DNA from: a bacterium
GTDB lineage: Bacteria; Desulfobacterota; DSWW01
Assembly: GCA_040756235.1 (NCBI GenBank)
Contig: JBFLZG010000022.1
Coordinates: 1-43,626, forward strand
Direction of reading: 5' to 3'
DNA: 43,626 nt
Positions 28,729 to 36,764 of the stretch are shown here, one piece after another. Made by a program: the position numbers and the translations under genes. Every line of letters begins with the position of its first letter. The stretch's first letter is position 1. Under the pieces are notes generated by a model. The model was not told where the DNA came from and made no database searches. It saw nothing but the letters and a program-made list of their open reading frames with translations.

Positions 28729-28777
28729 TTGCGTTCCCGGAGTCGGGAAGTATAATACATGATTCTTACATGTTCAA
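28729..28777. promoter_or_regulatory. Overlapping divergent sigma70 promoters for aor (minus) and moaD (plus) with central palindrome
   Basis: Plus: TTGCGT-16-TATAAT (28729-28756); minus: TTGAAC-17-TATACT (28777-28749); ACATG-N7-CATGT at 28757-28773. Confidence 0.65.
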
Positions 28778-28844
28778 TGGCGCTGCACCTTTCCGTTGCG
28801 ACTGCAACGGACTGCGGCCTGCGAGCTTTCCCCCGGAGCGGACC

Positions 28845-29111
28845 ATGATCGTAACCTTCCTCGGCTCGATCAGCCGGATCACCGGTGTCCGGAAGAAGGG
28901 CGCTACGGCTGCCAGCGTTCGGGAGTTACTGGAAGGGCTTCTGCAGGAGCACGGCCGGGACTGGCGCGATCAGGTCTTTGACGGCCAGAACCTGGTCGAC
29001 GGCGTGTCGGTGGTCGTGAACGGAACGAACGTGGGCCGGATCCAGGGTCTCTCCACCCCGCTTTCGTCGGGCGACGAGATCGTTCTGCTCCCCTTGTTCG
29101 AGGGCGGCTGA
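28845..29111 (+). CDS. moaD: MoaD/ThiS-family ubiquitin-like sulfur carrier
   Basis: 88 aa beta-grasp, VVVNG, LSSGDEI, C-terminal GG; adjacent to AOR. Confidence 0.88.
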   Translation: MIVTFLGSISRITGVRKKGATAASVRELLEGLLQEHGRDWRDQVFDGQNLVDGVSVVVNGTNVGRIQGLSTPLSSGDEIVLLPLFEGG

Positions 29112-29164
29112 AGCGGTTCGCGACAGCGCCGCACACCGTCCCCCCCTCTGCCCTTCTTCGCCCA

Positions 29165-29296
29165 CATTCACCTGCTCGGGCGAGCGCTCGGCATAAGCTC
29201 TTGGGCGGGCTGCTTGCTGCGCCCGCCCGGGGCCGGCGGGGCGGCCGCGAGCCGGGATCCCCTTGAAAGAGGGATTCCCGCTTGCGCGGGAATTAC
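29165..29296. repeat. Degenerate composite palindromic repeat related to 2407-2543
   Basis: Shares gagcgctc...gctgcttgctgcgcccgc and ends in ggattcccgcttgcgcgggaattac. Confidence 0.6.
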
Positions 29297-29313
29297 GGGC
29301 CGTCCGTGCAGGG

Positions 29314-30021
29314 TCAGAAAAAGATCTCCGTGTAGACCCTGGAGCCGGGGAATCGATCGTCCGCCAGATGGGTGGCGTCCCGGATCATCTTCTCGTTGCC
29401 ACAAAGATAAAAGTCGTAGGATCCTGCACGCAGCTCCGACTCCAGATAATCGGTGACGCGGCCGTGGAAGATCCCGGGTGCGCCGCCGTGCGCAGGGATG
29501 GGGCCTGAGAGGCAGGGAATATAGAGGGAGGCCTGCTCTCGGAAGAGATCCTGATAGTAGAGGTCTTCCGGCGTCCTGACCCCGTGCAGCAGCGTGAACC
29601 CGGAAACGCCGGAGCGCGCCATGGAGGCGAAGGGAGCGACTCCCGTTCCGGTGGCGACGAAGACCGCGGGCCGCTCCGAGGGCCTGAAGGCGAAGTACCC
29701 TCGAGGCCCGCGGAATGTCAGGGCCGTGCCCCGGGGCGCGGAAGCGAGGTAACCAGTGAGGAGCCCGGCCTGCACTCTTCGGATACACAGCAGGAGAGTG
29801 GGCGCCTCCCGGCCGCAGGCCAGCGAGTAATCCCGTTCCCTGGCTTCCAGGAACAGCCGGATGGTCTGCCCCGGAAGGAAGGAGAAGGAAGGGGGACGCG
29901 TCATGCTGAGCTCGAAGGCCCCCGGGGAAAGGGGGCGGCGCTCCAGCAGGGTGCTGGCGTGATCGACCGCTTTGGATCCCGCGCCGTTCAGCGTTTCAGG
30001 ACTCCCAGGGAATGTCGGCAA
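29314..30021 (-). CDS. Ferredoxin/flavodoxin-NADP+ reductase-like flavoprotein
   Basis: FLPGQ, RDYS, GLLT, VATGTGVAPF, YLCG, C-terminal EIFF; true start uncertain. Confidence 0.85.
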   Translation of the reverse strand: MPTFPGSPETLNGAGSKAVDHASTLLERRPLSPGAFELSMTRPPSFSFLPGQTIRLFLEARERDYSLACGREAPTLLLCIRRVQAGLLTGYLASAPRGTALTFRGPRGYFAFRPSERPAVFVATGTGVAPFASMARSGVSGFTLLHGVRTPEDLYYQDLFREQASLYIPCLSGPIPAHGGAPGIFHGRVTDYLESELRAGSYDFYLCGNEKMIRDATHLADDRFPGSRVYTEIFF

Positions 30022-30565
30022 GGCCGTTCAGGCGATTGCACAGCCGGGCCAGAACGAACAGAAAATCGGAGAGGCGGTTCAGGTAGATGACGATCCGGTT
30101 GAGCTCTGCGGCGTCCAACCCCTCCGCCTGACAATCTACCAGGCCGACCACGCGTCTCTCAGCCCGGCGGCACACGGTCCTGGCCACGTGGGCCCATGCG
30201 GCCGAAGGATGCCCCCCCGGCAGGATGAAGCCCCTCAGAGGCGGAAGCTGCGCTTCCATCCTGTCGATGGCCTGCTCCAGAGAACGGGCGTGTTCCTCGG
30301 TCAGCTCCGGCAGGCCCGCGGACGGCGCATTGCCGGCCGTCGTCGCCAGCCATGCCCCGACGCGGAACAGATCGGATTGGATCCGGCGCAGGGTATCGGC
30401 GGGCTCGCGATGGCCCTGCCCCAGAGAAGCGGCGAGCGCCCCGACGATCGAGTTCAACTCGTCCACCTCGCCGTACGCCTCGACCCGCCCGTCCGCCTTG
30501 CTCACCCGCTCGCCGCTGAACAGGCTCGTTCTGCCGCGGTCTCCGGTGCCGGTGTAGATCTTCAC
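29996..30565 (-). CDS. pduO: PduO-type ATP:cob(I)alamin adenosyltransferase
   Basis: KIYTGTGDRG, YGEVDELNS, FILPGG, ARTVCRRAER, YLNRLSD. Confidence 0.95.
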   Translation of the reverse strand: MKIYTGTGDRGRTSLFSGERVSKADGRVEAYGEVDELNSIVGALAASLGQGHREPADTLRRIQSDLFRVGAWLATTAGNAPSAGLPELTEEHARSLEQAIDRMEAQLPPLRGFILPGGHPSAAWAHVARTVCRRAERRVVGLVDCQAEGLDAAELNRIVIYLNRLSDFLFVLARLCNRLNGLADIPWES

Positions 30566-30666
30566 GTTTCCACCTTTCGATGAATAGATGCTCCTTGTAT
30601 GCAGGACGGGTTCTCACGACCGGGCGCCGCATCACTGCCATGTCGTCTTATTGCGCGAACCCTGGC

Positions 30667-30821
30667 TCCTGGGCCGAAGGATGGCCAGATGCAAGGCGCG
30701 CGAAATCCGAGGAGTGAGACGCGTCGTGAACACAGCGGACCCCGGCCTTCGCCGGGGCGGGCTACCCCCCTCCACCGGCCATGAGCGCAACGCAGCAGAT
30801 GGCCGTCCTTCGGCCCCAGGA
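30667..30821. mobile_element. MITE-like palindromic element, variant terminal stem
   Basis: Ends tcctgggccgaaggatggcca / tggccgtccttcggccccagga; core ATGGCCAGATGCAAGGCGCGCG and ATGAGCGCAACGC shared with family. Confidence 0.78.
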
Positions 30822-31247
30822 TCAGAGGCGAGACAGCTCCTCTTCATAGAGGTCGATGCCGGCCTCGCGGACCCGCTCCCGGGCCCTTGCGAAATCTTCC
30901 ACTTCCAGCACCAGGATCGCCCTGCGGGCAGGCTCCACGATGAAGCCGCAGGCGTCCTTGATGTTGAGCCCCCTTTCCGCCAGCAGGCTCAGGACGTTGT
31001 GGAGCCCGCCGGGACGATCCTCCAGGGCCACCGCCAGCACCTCCTGCAGGTTCACGGAAAAACGTTTCCCCTTGAGGACCCGGTACGCCTCCTCGGGCTT
31101 GTCCACGATCAGCTTGACCAGGCCGAAATGGCCGGCGCTCGCGATGGTGACGGCGCGGATGTTGACGTCCGCTGCGGCCAGGGCCTCGGTCACATGGGCC
31201 AGCCGGCCGGGTTTGTTCTCGACGAAGACCACGAGCTGGTGGGCCAT
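30822..31247 (-). CDS. Tandem ACT-domain protein (paaK-associated)
   Basis: VFVENKPGRL and LEDRPGGL ACT motifs; follows paaK. Confidence 0.9.
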   Translation of the reverse strand: MAHQLVVFVENKPGRLAHVTEALAAADVNIRAVTIASAGHFGLVKLIVDKPEEAYRVLKGKRFSVNLQEVLAVALEDRPGGLHNVLSLLAERGLNIKDACGFIVEPARRAILVLEVEDFARARERVREAGIDLYEEELSRL

Positions 31248-31250
31248 GGG

Positions 31251-32558
31251 CTAATCCCCCTGCTTCGGGCGGTGGTCGATGACCCGAACGGCCTTTCCCT
31301 CGGCCGCCGGAAGGCTCCCCGGCTCCACGAGCTCGACCTCCGGAGTGACGAGGATTTCCTCCCTCAGGGCATGGGTGATCTTGCGGGTCAGGGCCTTGAG
31401 GCTCTCCAGCCCCTCGACCATGAGCGCTTCCGATGCCTCGATCTGGACGGTCACGCGGTCCTGCGGGCCTTCCCTGTCCAGCACGATGACATAGTTGTTT
31501 CCGACTTCCGCAAACCGCATCAGCACCTGCTCGATCTGGATCGGGTAGATGTTCACGCCCTTGATGATGAACATGTCGTCGCTGCGCCCTTTGATGCGGG
31601 ACAGCCTGCGGTGGGTCCGGCCGCAGGGGCACGAGTCCGGGTAGATCATGGCCAGGTCGCGGGTGCGGTAGCGGATCAGGGGCATGGCTTCCCGCCTGAG
31701 GGTCGTGAGCACGATCTCACCCACCTCTCCATCCCGGAGCGGTTCGAGAGTCGTCGGATGGACGAGCTCGAGGATGTAGCTGTCCTCCCACAGGTGGAGC
31801 CCGGTCTTGTAAGGACAGTCGAAGGCCACTCCCGGGCCGTTCATCTCGGAAAGTCCGTAGGAGTTGGCCGCGAACACGCCATAGGCTTCCTCGATCCTCC
31901 CGCGGATCTCCTCGGAGTGGGGCTCCGCCCCGACGATCGCCACGCGCAGCTTCGTGTCCTTCTTCGGCTCGAGATCCATCTCCCGGAAGGTCTCGAGGAG
32001 CTTGAGGGCGTAACTCGGAATGATGTGCACCGCAGTCGCGCCGAACTGGCGCATGAGGGTGATCTGGCGGCGGCTGTTGCCCACGCCCGCCGGGACCACC
32101 AGGGCGCCCAGCCTCTCTGCTCCGTAGTGGAGGCCCAGCCCTCCGGTGAACAGGCCGTAGCCCATGCAGTTCTGAAAAACGTCCGCCTTGCGGACCCCGG
32201 CCATGAACAGGCAGCGGGCGACCAGATCGGCCCATGTCTCCAGGTCCTTCCGGGTGTGGTAGACCGCCGTGGGGATGCCGGTGGTGCCGGAGGACACGTG
32301 GACCCTCGTGACCTCTTCCCTGGGCACGGCGAGGAACCCGTACGGAAAAGCGGCCCGCAGGTCCTCCTTGGTGGTGAAGGGGAAGCGCCTGAGGTCGTCC
32401 AGGGTGCGGACGGACTCCGGCGACAACCGTTGCTCCGCGAAGACTTTCCGATAGAACGGCGCCCGGCCGGCCTGCGCGGCCGTCTGCGCCAGCCTCTCGA
32501 GCTGCAGCGCCTTCAGCCCGTCTCGCGGCAGCAGCTCGATTTCCTTTTCCCAGAACAT
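31251..32558 (-). CDS. paaK: Phenylacetate-CoA ligase family protein
   Basis: PFTTKEDLR, SSGTTG, GYGLFTGGLG, SYGLSE, PLIRYRTRD, GRSDDM. Confidence 0.93.
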   Translation of the reverse strand: MFWEKEIELLPRDGLKALQLERLAQTAAQAGRAPFYRKVFAEQRLSPESVRTLDDLRRFPFTTKEDLRAAFPYGFLAVPREEVTRVHVSSGTTGIPTAVYHTRKDLETWADLVARCLFMAGVRKADVFQNCMGYGLFTGGLGLHYGAERLGALVVPAGVGNSRRQITLMRQFGATAVHIIPSYALKLLETFREMDLEPKKDTKLRVAIVGAEPHSEEIRGRIEEAYGVFAANSYGLSEMNGPGVAFDCPYKTGLHLWEDSYILELVHPTTLEPLRDGEVGEIVLTTLRREAMPLIRYRTRDLAMIYPDSCPCGRTHRRLSRIKGRSDDMFIIKGVNIYPIQIEQVLMRFAEVGNNYVIVLDREGPQDRVTVQIEASEALMVEGLESLKALTRKITHALREEILVTPEVELVEPGSLPAAEGKAVRVIDHRPKQGD

Positions 32559-32684
32559 CGGCAGGTCACCTCCGGGCGCCCATTCTAAGGGAAAAGCCGG
32601 CGCGATTAAAGACCTTGTATTCCGCGGATTCTCTCTGGTACGTTGGCGAAAGGATGTCTCTGCCCTCTGCCACCGCGCCCATGG

Positions 32685-32885
32685 AGAGTGTCGAAAAACA
32701 CCCTCTGGAGAGGCTGTTGAGAAATGGCCAGATGCAAGGCGCGCGAAGTCCTGAGGCCTGTTCCGAGGAGCGGGAGCGACGAGGAAACCCCGGGCTACAA
32801 GTGACCGCCGCGCTACTCTGTCCGGTGGATTGCTTCGCTCCGCTCGCAACATGCGCCGCAGATGGCCGTTTATCGACAGCCTCTC
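32685..32885. mobile_element. MITE-like palindromic element with nested insert (about 32759-32851) and flanking small hairpin
   Basis: Terminal inverted repeats gagaggctgttgagaaatggcca / tggccgtttatcgacagcctctc (32708-32885). Confidence 0.8.
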
Positions 32886-32900
32886 ATGGAGGAGACGCTC

Positions 32901-34034
32901 ATGGCTTCCAGCCCGGCTCGCTACCCCAGACTGTTTTCCCCCCTCGAAGTCGGCGGCCTCCGGCTCGCCAACCGGCTGGTCATGACGCCCCTTTACACCG
33001 GCTATGCCCGCGAGGACGGACACGCGAGCCCGCTCCTCCTGGAGCACTACCGGCAGATGGGCGCCAGCGGGCTTGCCCTGGTCGTGGTGGAGAGCTGTGC
33101 CGTGGATCCGTCTGGCGTCGGCTCACCCAGGATGCTGCGCGCCTATGACGATGCGTTTCTGGGGGACCTTGCGCGGATCGCGTCGGAAATCCACGCGGGC
33201 GGTGCTCTCGCCTGCTGCCAGATCAACCACGTCGGCCGCTTTGCCTTTGTGGAGGAGCCCCTGGCGCCGTCGCCGGTGCCGGTCTTCGGCCGCACCCCGA
33301 AGGCCCTCGAGATCGAGCAGATCGAAAGCGTGGTCGAGGCTTACGCCGACGCGGCGCTGCGCGTGCAGCGCGCCGGCTTCGACCTGGTGGAGCTGCACGG
33401 CGGGACCGGGTACCTGCTCACCTCTTTCCTCTCGCCCCGCACCAACCTGCGCGAGGACGCCTACGGGGGCTCCCCGGAGGCGAGAATGCGCTTTCCCCTC
33501 GAGGTCGTCGCGGCCACCCGGCGGGCGGTCGGCACGGACTACCCCGTGGGCTACCGCTTCGAGGCGGACGAGTGGCTGCCGGATGGCCTGCATCCGGGCG
33601 AGGCCATACCCTTCGCCGGCGCCCTCGAGCAGGCCGGGATCGCGTACCTGTCGGTCATGGGAGGCACCTACGAATCCTTCTTCCTGCCTGAAGTGCTGGA
33701 GCTCTCGGCCAGGGACGGCTACATGGTGGATCTGGCGGCCGGAGTGCGCGGCGCGGTCTCCGTCCCGGTCGTGGCGGCCGGCAGGATCTCGAACCCGGAT
33801 CTGGCCGAGAGGGTGCTCGAGGCCGGGCAGGCGGACCTCATCGGCCTGGCCCGCGTGATCCTGGCCGACCCGGACTGGGTCCAGAAGGCGCTCACCGGCC
33901 GCGAAGACGAGATCGAGCACTGCCGCACGGACTGCGACGCCTGCACGAGCCAGGTCATGAGCGGCCAGAGCGTGGCCTGCTCGACCTGGTCCGTGGAAAA
34001 GATCGAATACGTGCGGGCGATGTCCCAAGAGTAA
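32901..34034 (+). CDS. NADH:flavin oxidoreductase (Old Yellow Enzyme-like) with C-terminal Cys cluster
   Basis: LANRLVM, AGFDLVELHGGTGYL, NLREDAYGGS, ADLIGLAR, CRTDCDAC...C; GGAGGAG RBS. Confidence 0.9.
   Translation: MASSPARYPRLFSPLEVGGLRLANRLVMTPLYTGYAREDGHASPLLLEHYRQMGASGLALVVVESCAVDPSGVGSPRMLRAYDDAFLGDLARIASEIHAGGALACCQINHVGRFAFVEEPLAPSPVPVFGRTPKALEIEQIESVVEAYADAALRVQRAGFDLVELHGGTGYLLTSFLSPRTNLREDAYGGSPEARMRFPLEVVAATRRAVGTDYPVGYRFEADEWLPDGLHPGEAIPFAGALEQAGIAYLSVMGGTYESFFLPEVLELSARDGYMVDLAAGVRGAVSVPVVAAGRISNPDLAERVLEAGQADLIGLARVILADPDWVQKALTGREDEIEHCRTDCDACTSQVMSGQSVACSTWSVEKIEYVRAMSQE
33968..34024 (+). repeat. 57-bp direct repeat, copy 1 (3' end of OYE gene)
   Basis: Matches 34995-35052 apart from one extra T in copy 2. 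Confidence 0.92.
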
Positions 34035-34258
34035 GGTGCGGAGAGCCGCTCCAAGCCATGATCTTTGACCTGTTTGGGCTGCTGATCGCCACACCGTGGG
34101 CGCAGGGGCGCAAGGTGTGCGCGGTGGGGCGCCAGGCGGCCATGTGACTCCGCTCTTTTCCCGGACATCGAATAGGGTGTGGTAAATCGAGGCTGAGAAC
34201 GGGACCGGCGGCGCGCAACAGCTACGGCAAGAACAGACCGCGCACAGAGGAGAAATCG

Positions 34259-34933
34259 ATGGGAGTCACTCCGGTCATCCTCGCGTCTTCCCTGTTCGCC
34301 GCGACACATCTCGGGATGTCCCATGGCGAGATCCGCAGGCAATTGGTGCAGAAGCTGGGAGAGCGGCGTTTCCGGGGCCTTTACATCCTGGTGAGCTTCA
34401 TGACGCTGGGCGGGGCGATCTGGGCCTTTTCGACCCGCCGGGGTGAAGGTCCGGTCCTCTGGACCACCCCCGCGTGGATTTACCCGGTCGTTTACCTGCT
34501 CATGCTCCTTGCGTTGGCTCTCTTTATCCTCTCTTTCTTCACCCCGAGCCCGACCGGCATGGCGGCAAGGGTCCTGGCACCGAGGGGCGTACTGCGGATC
34601 ACCCGACATCCCATGAACATGGGCTTTGCTCTTTTCGGGCTCGCGCACGTGATCGCCAACGGATCTCTGGCGGACCTGTTCTTCTTCGGCTCCTTCTTCG
34701 TGGTCGGCTTTCTCGGAGCCTACCATCAGGACAGGAGGAAGGCCCTGGAGCTGGGACCGGCTTTTTCGGACTTTCGCGATCAGACCTCTGTGCTTCCTTT
34801 TGCCGCGGTCTTACAGGGCAGGACCCGCCTGGTAAGAGACGAGCTCCCTCTGGCGGGGCTGGCCGTCGCCTTGGTCCTGTACGGGTTGCTGATCGCCGTG
34901 CACGGCAGGCTGTTTGGGGCAGAGCCGTTCTGA
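34259..34933 (+). CDS. nnrU: NnrU-family membrane protein
   Basis: Multi-TM, LGERRFRGLY, GVLRITRHPM, HQDRRK, TSVLPF. Confidence 0.85.
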   Translation: MGVTPVILASSLFAATHLGMSHGEIRRQLVQKLGERRFRGLYILVSFMTLGGAIWAFSTRRGEGPVLWTTPAWIYPVVYLLMLLALALFILSFFTPSPTGMAARVLAPRGVLRITRHPMNMGFALFGLAHVIANGSLADLFFFGSFFVVGFLGAYHQDRRKALELGPAFSDFRDQTSVLPFAAVLQGRTRLVRDELPLAGLAVALVLYGLLIAVHGRLFGAEPF

Positions 34934-34994
34934 CGGCAAGGGCCCAGGACCCGGCCGAGCCTGGAAACTGAGTTGAACCAAACGCAGGTGGCCG

Positions 34995-35052
34995 GAGCGT
35001 GGCCTGCTCGACCTGGTCCGTGGAAAAGATTCGAATACGTGCGGGCGATGTC
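34995..35052 (+). repeat. 58-bp direct repeat, copy 2 (non-coding remnant of OYE 3' end)
   Basis: gagcgtggcctgctcgacctggtccgtggaaaagattcgaatacgtgcgggcgatgtc. Confidence 0.92.
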
Positions 35053-35075
35053 GGGGGGGAAGCCTGCCCTCACTG

Positions 35076-35630
35076 TTATCCGAGCTGCAGGTCGCCGCTG
35101 AGGTCAACGGTGACGGTGCACGGCACATCGACAAATGGGTCGAAGGCCTCGCAGCCGCTTCCCAGATCGTGCAAGGTGAAGGTCCCGGTCAGCCCAACGT
35201 TGCTTTGAGAGACGGGGCAGATCGTTCCCTGAGCACTGACGCTGGCCACGCATCCTTGAATCGTGTAATCGCCCTGAGCTACGGAGAACACGATCTCGCC
35301 GCCCTGGTAGGAGAGGTCAACGGTGATCGTGCCTACGAGCGGAAGGTCCAGCTGCACCGACTGAGGCCCTTCTTGCAGCTGCGCGAAGCTCGGCAACGTG
35401 ACGGGTCCGTAGGGAGCGAATTCACGAATAATGGGCTCGAGAAAGCCGTCCGCACATAGGTCGTCAACGCCATCCACCATGAACGAGTACGATCCTGCGG
35501 TCAGCTGCTCGGGCTGACACTGCTGGCCGTTGCCACCGTCGTCATCGTCGTCACCGCAGGCCGGAGTGAAGACGGCGAGCGCGCAAAGCCCGGCCCAGAG
35601 CAGGAAGGAATTCTGTCTCTTCAGTCTCAT
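35076..35630 (-). CDS. Hypothetical lipoprotein
   Basis: Signal peptide with lipobox TPAC, acidic linker, beta-rich Cys-containing mature part; AAGGAG RBS. Confidence 0.75.
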   Translation of the reverse strand: MRLKRQNSFLLWAGLCALAVFTPACGDDDDDGGNGQQCQPEQLTAGSYSFMVDGVDDLCADGFLEPIIREFAPYGPVTLPSFAQLQEGPQSVQLDLPLVGTITVDLSYQGGEIVFSVAQGDYTIQGCVASVSAQGTICPVSQSNVGLTGTFTLHDLGSGCEAFDPFVDVPCTVTVDLSGDLQLG

Positions 35631-35681
35631 GGCTTTCTCCTTTTCCTGTGTTTCCTGTGATGGAATCGTTCGGAATCCCGT

Positions 35682-36764
35682 TTACGGGAGGAACCGCTCC
35701 GGATGCTCGAGCTTTTCGGGCAGGTACACCTCGAGCACGTGGTTGAGCCCGTGCGCGGCAAAGGCCTGCTGCTCGGCGCGCACCCCCATCTCGAGGAGCT
35801 TCTGGAGCGCCTTCTGCCACGGGGGATGGCGCTTGACGAACGGATCGTTCTTCAACGCGTCCCTGGCGCGCTTGATGTCCACTTCCTTGAGGGGATGGGT
35901 GGGCAGATCGTAATCCTCGATGTCCTGGGGAGTGACTCCCAGGAACCTAGCCTTGGGGACGCAAAAGTACTCGTTGATGTGCGCTGCGTTGCCGGACCCG
36001 ACCTTGAGGGTCCGGTAGATGTTGCTGTACCCGTAGGGGTCGCCGTCCACGAACGCATAGACCGGGAGGCGGCACTCCTCGCCGAGCCTGCGGATGAACC
36101 TCCGGCAGGCGCGGGTCGGCACCCCGCCCAGGGAGATGAGGATACAGTTGTGGCTCTCCCAGAACCTGTGTTTCACCAGGCGCTGGAACATGCCGGCGGT
36201 CTCGATCGCCAGAATGAAGCGGGCCTTGGTCTCGAAGCCCAGCTCCTCGACCGAGATCGGGATCGAATAGGCGCCTGACCCGAACTTGGTGCAGTCGATG
36301 CGGAGCATCTTCCCGGTGGTCGGATCCCGATCCTTGATGAACAGGCGGCCCGCCACGTCCCCGCCCTTCTCCTCCGGCACGAATCCGAGCTGCTCGCGGT
36401 TGACCAGGAAGAAGGCCTCGATGTCGTCCATGATCGCGTCGGACTCGTCCTGTTCCAGGAATCGGGCCTCTCCCCAGTTCTTCGAAATATAGTACATCTC
36501 TCGTTTGGTGGCGATCTCGATTTCTTCGAGCAGCCCCTTGCACGTGGCGATCATCTTCAGGGTCTGGGCGAAGGTCTTGACCGTGCTGACCGTGAGGGTC
36601 CTGGCCTTGCGCTTCTTGCCCAGCGCGAAGAATCCCTTCCCCGTGTCGTAATGGACGTTCTGCAGCGATCGGACCGGCAGGGCGATGGTCGGCTTCCTGC
36701 GGCGCTGAATGTCGCCCGCGATCTCTCTGGCTCGCGTCCGGATGCGTTGGTCCAGCCCGCTCAC
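35682..36764 (-). CDS. top6A: DNA topoisomerase VI subunit A (Spo11-like)
   Basis: TKREMYY catalytic Tyr region, Toprim Glu (AIETAGMF), DGDPYG; GTG start overlapping top6B stop. Confidence 0.93.
   Translation of the reverse strand: MSGLDQRIRTRAREIAGDIQRRRKPTIALPVRSLQNVHYDTGKGFFALGKKRKARTLTVSTVKTFAQTLKMIATCKGLLEEIEIATKREMYYISKNWGEARFLEQDESDAIMDDIEAFFLVNREQLGFVPEEKGGDVAGRLFIKDRDPTTGKMLRIDCTKFGSGAYSIPISVEELGFETKARFILAIETAGMFQRLVKHRFWESHNCILISLGGVPTRACRRFIRRLGEECRLPVYAFVDGDPYGYSNIYRTLKVGSGNAAHINEYFCVPKARFLGVTPQDIEDYDLPTHPLKEVDIKRARDALKNDPFVKRHPPWQKALQKLLEMGVRAEQQAFAAHGLNHVLEVYLPEKLEHPERFLP

Noticed and set aside
24653..28762. 1369-aa plus-strand ORF and other long antisense ORFs (248-2197, 2580-4838, 8738-10963, 20876-23251, 30588-32588)
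   Set aside because: They mirror well-supported genes on the opposite strand, lack motifs and are expected shadows of high-GC codon usage
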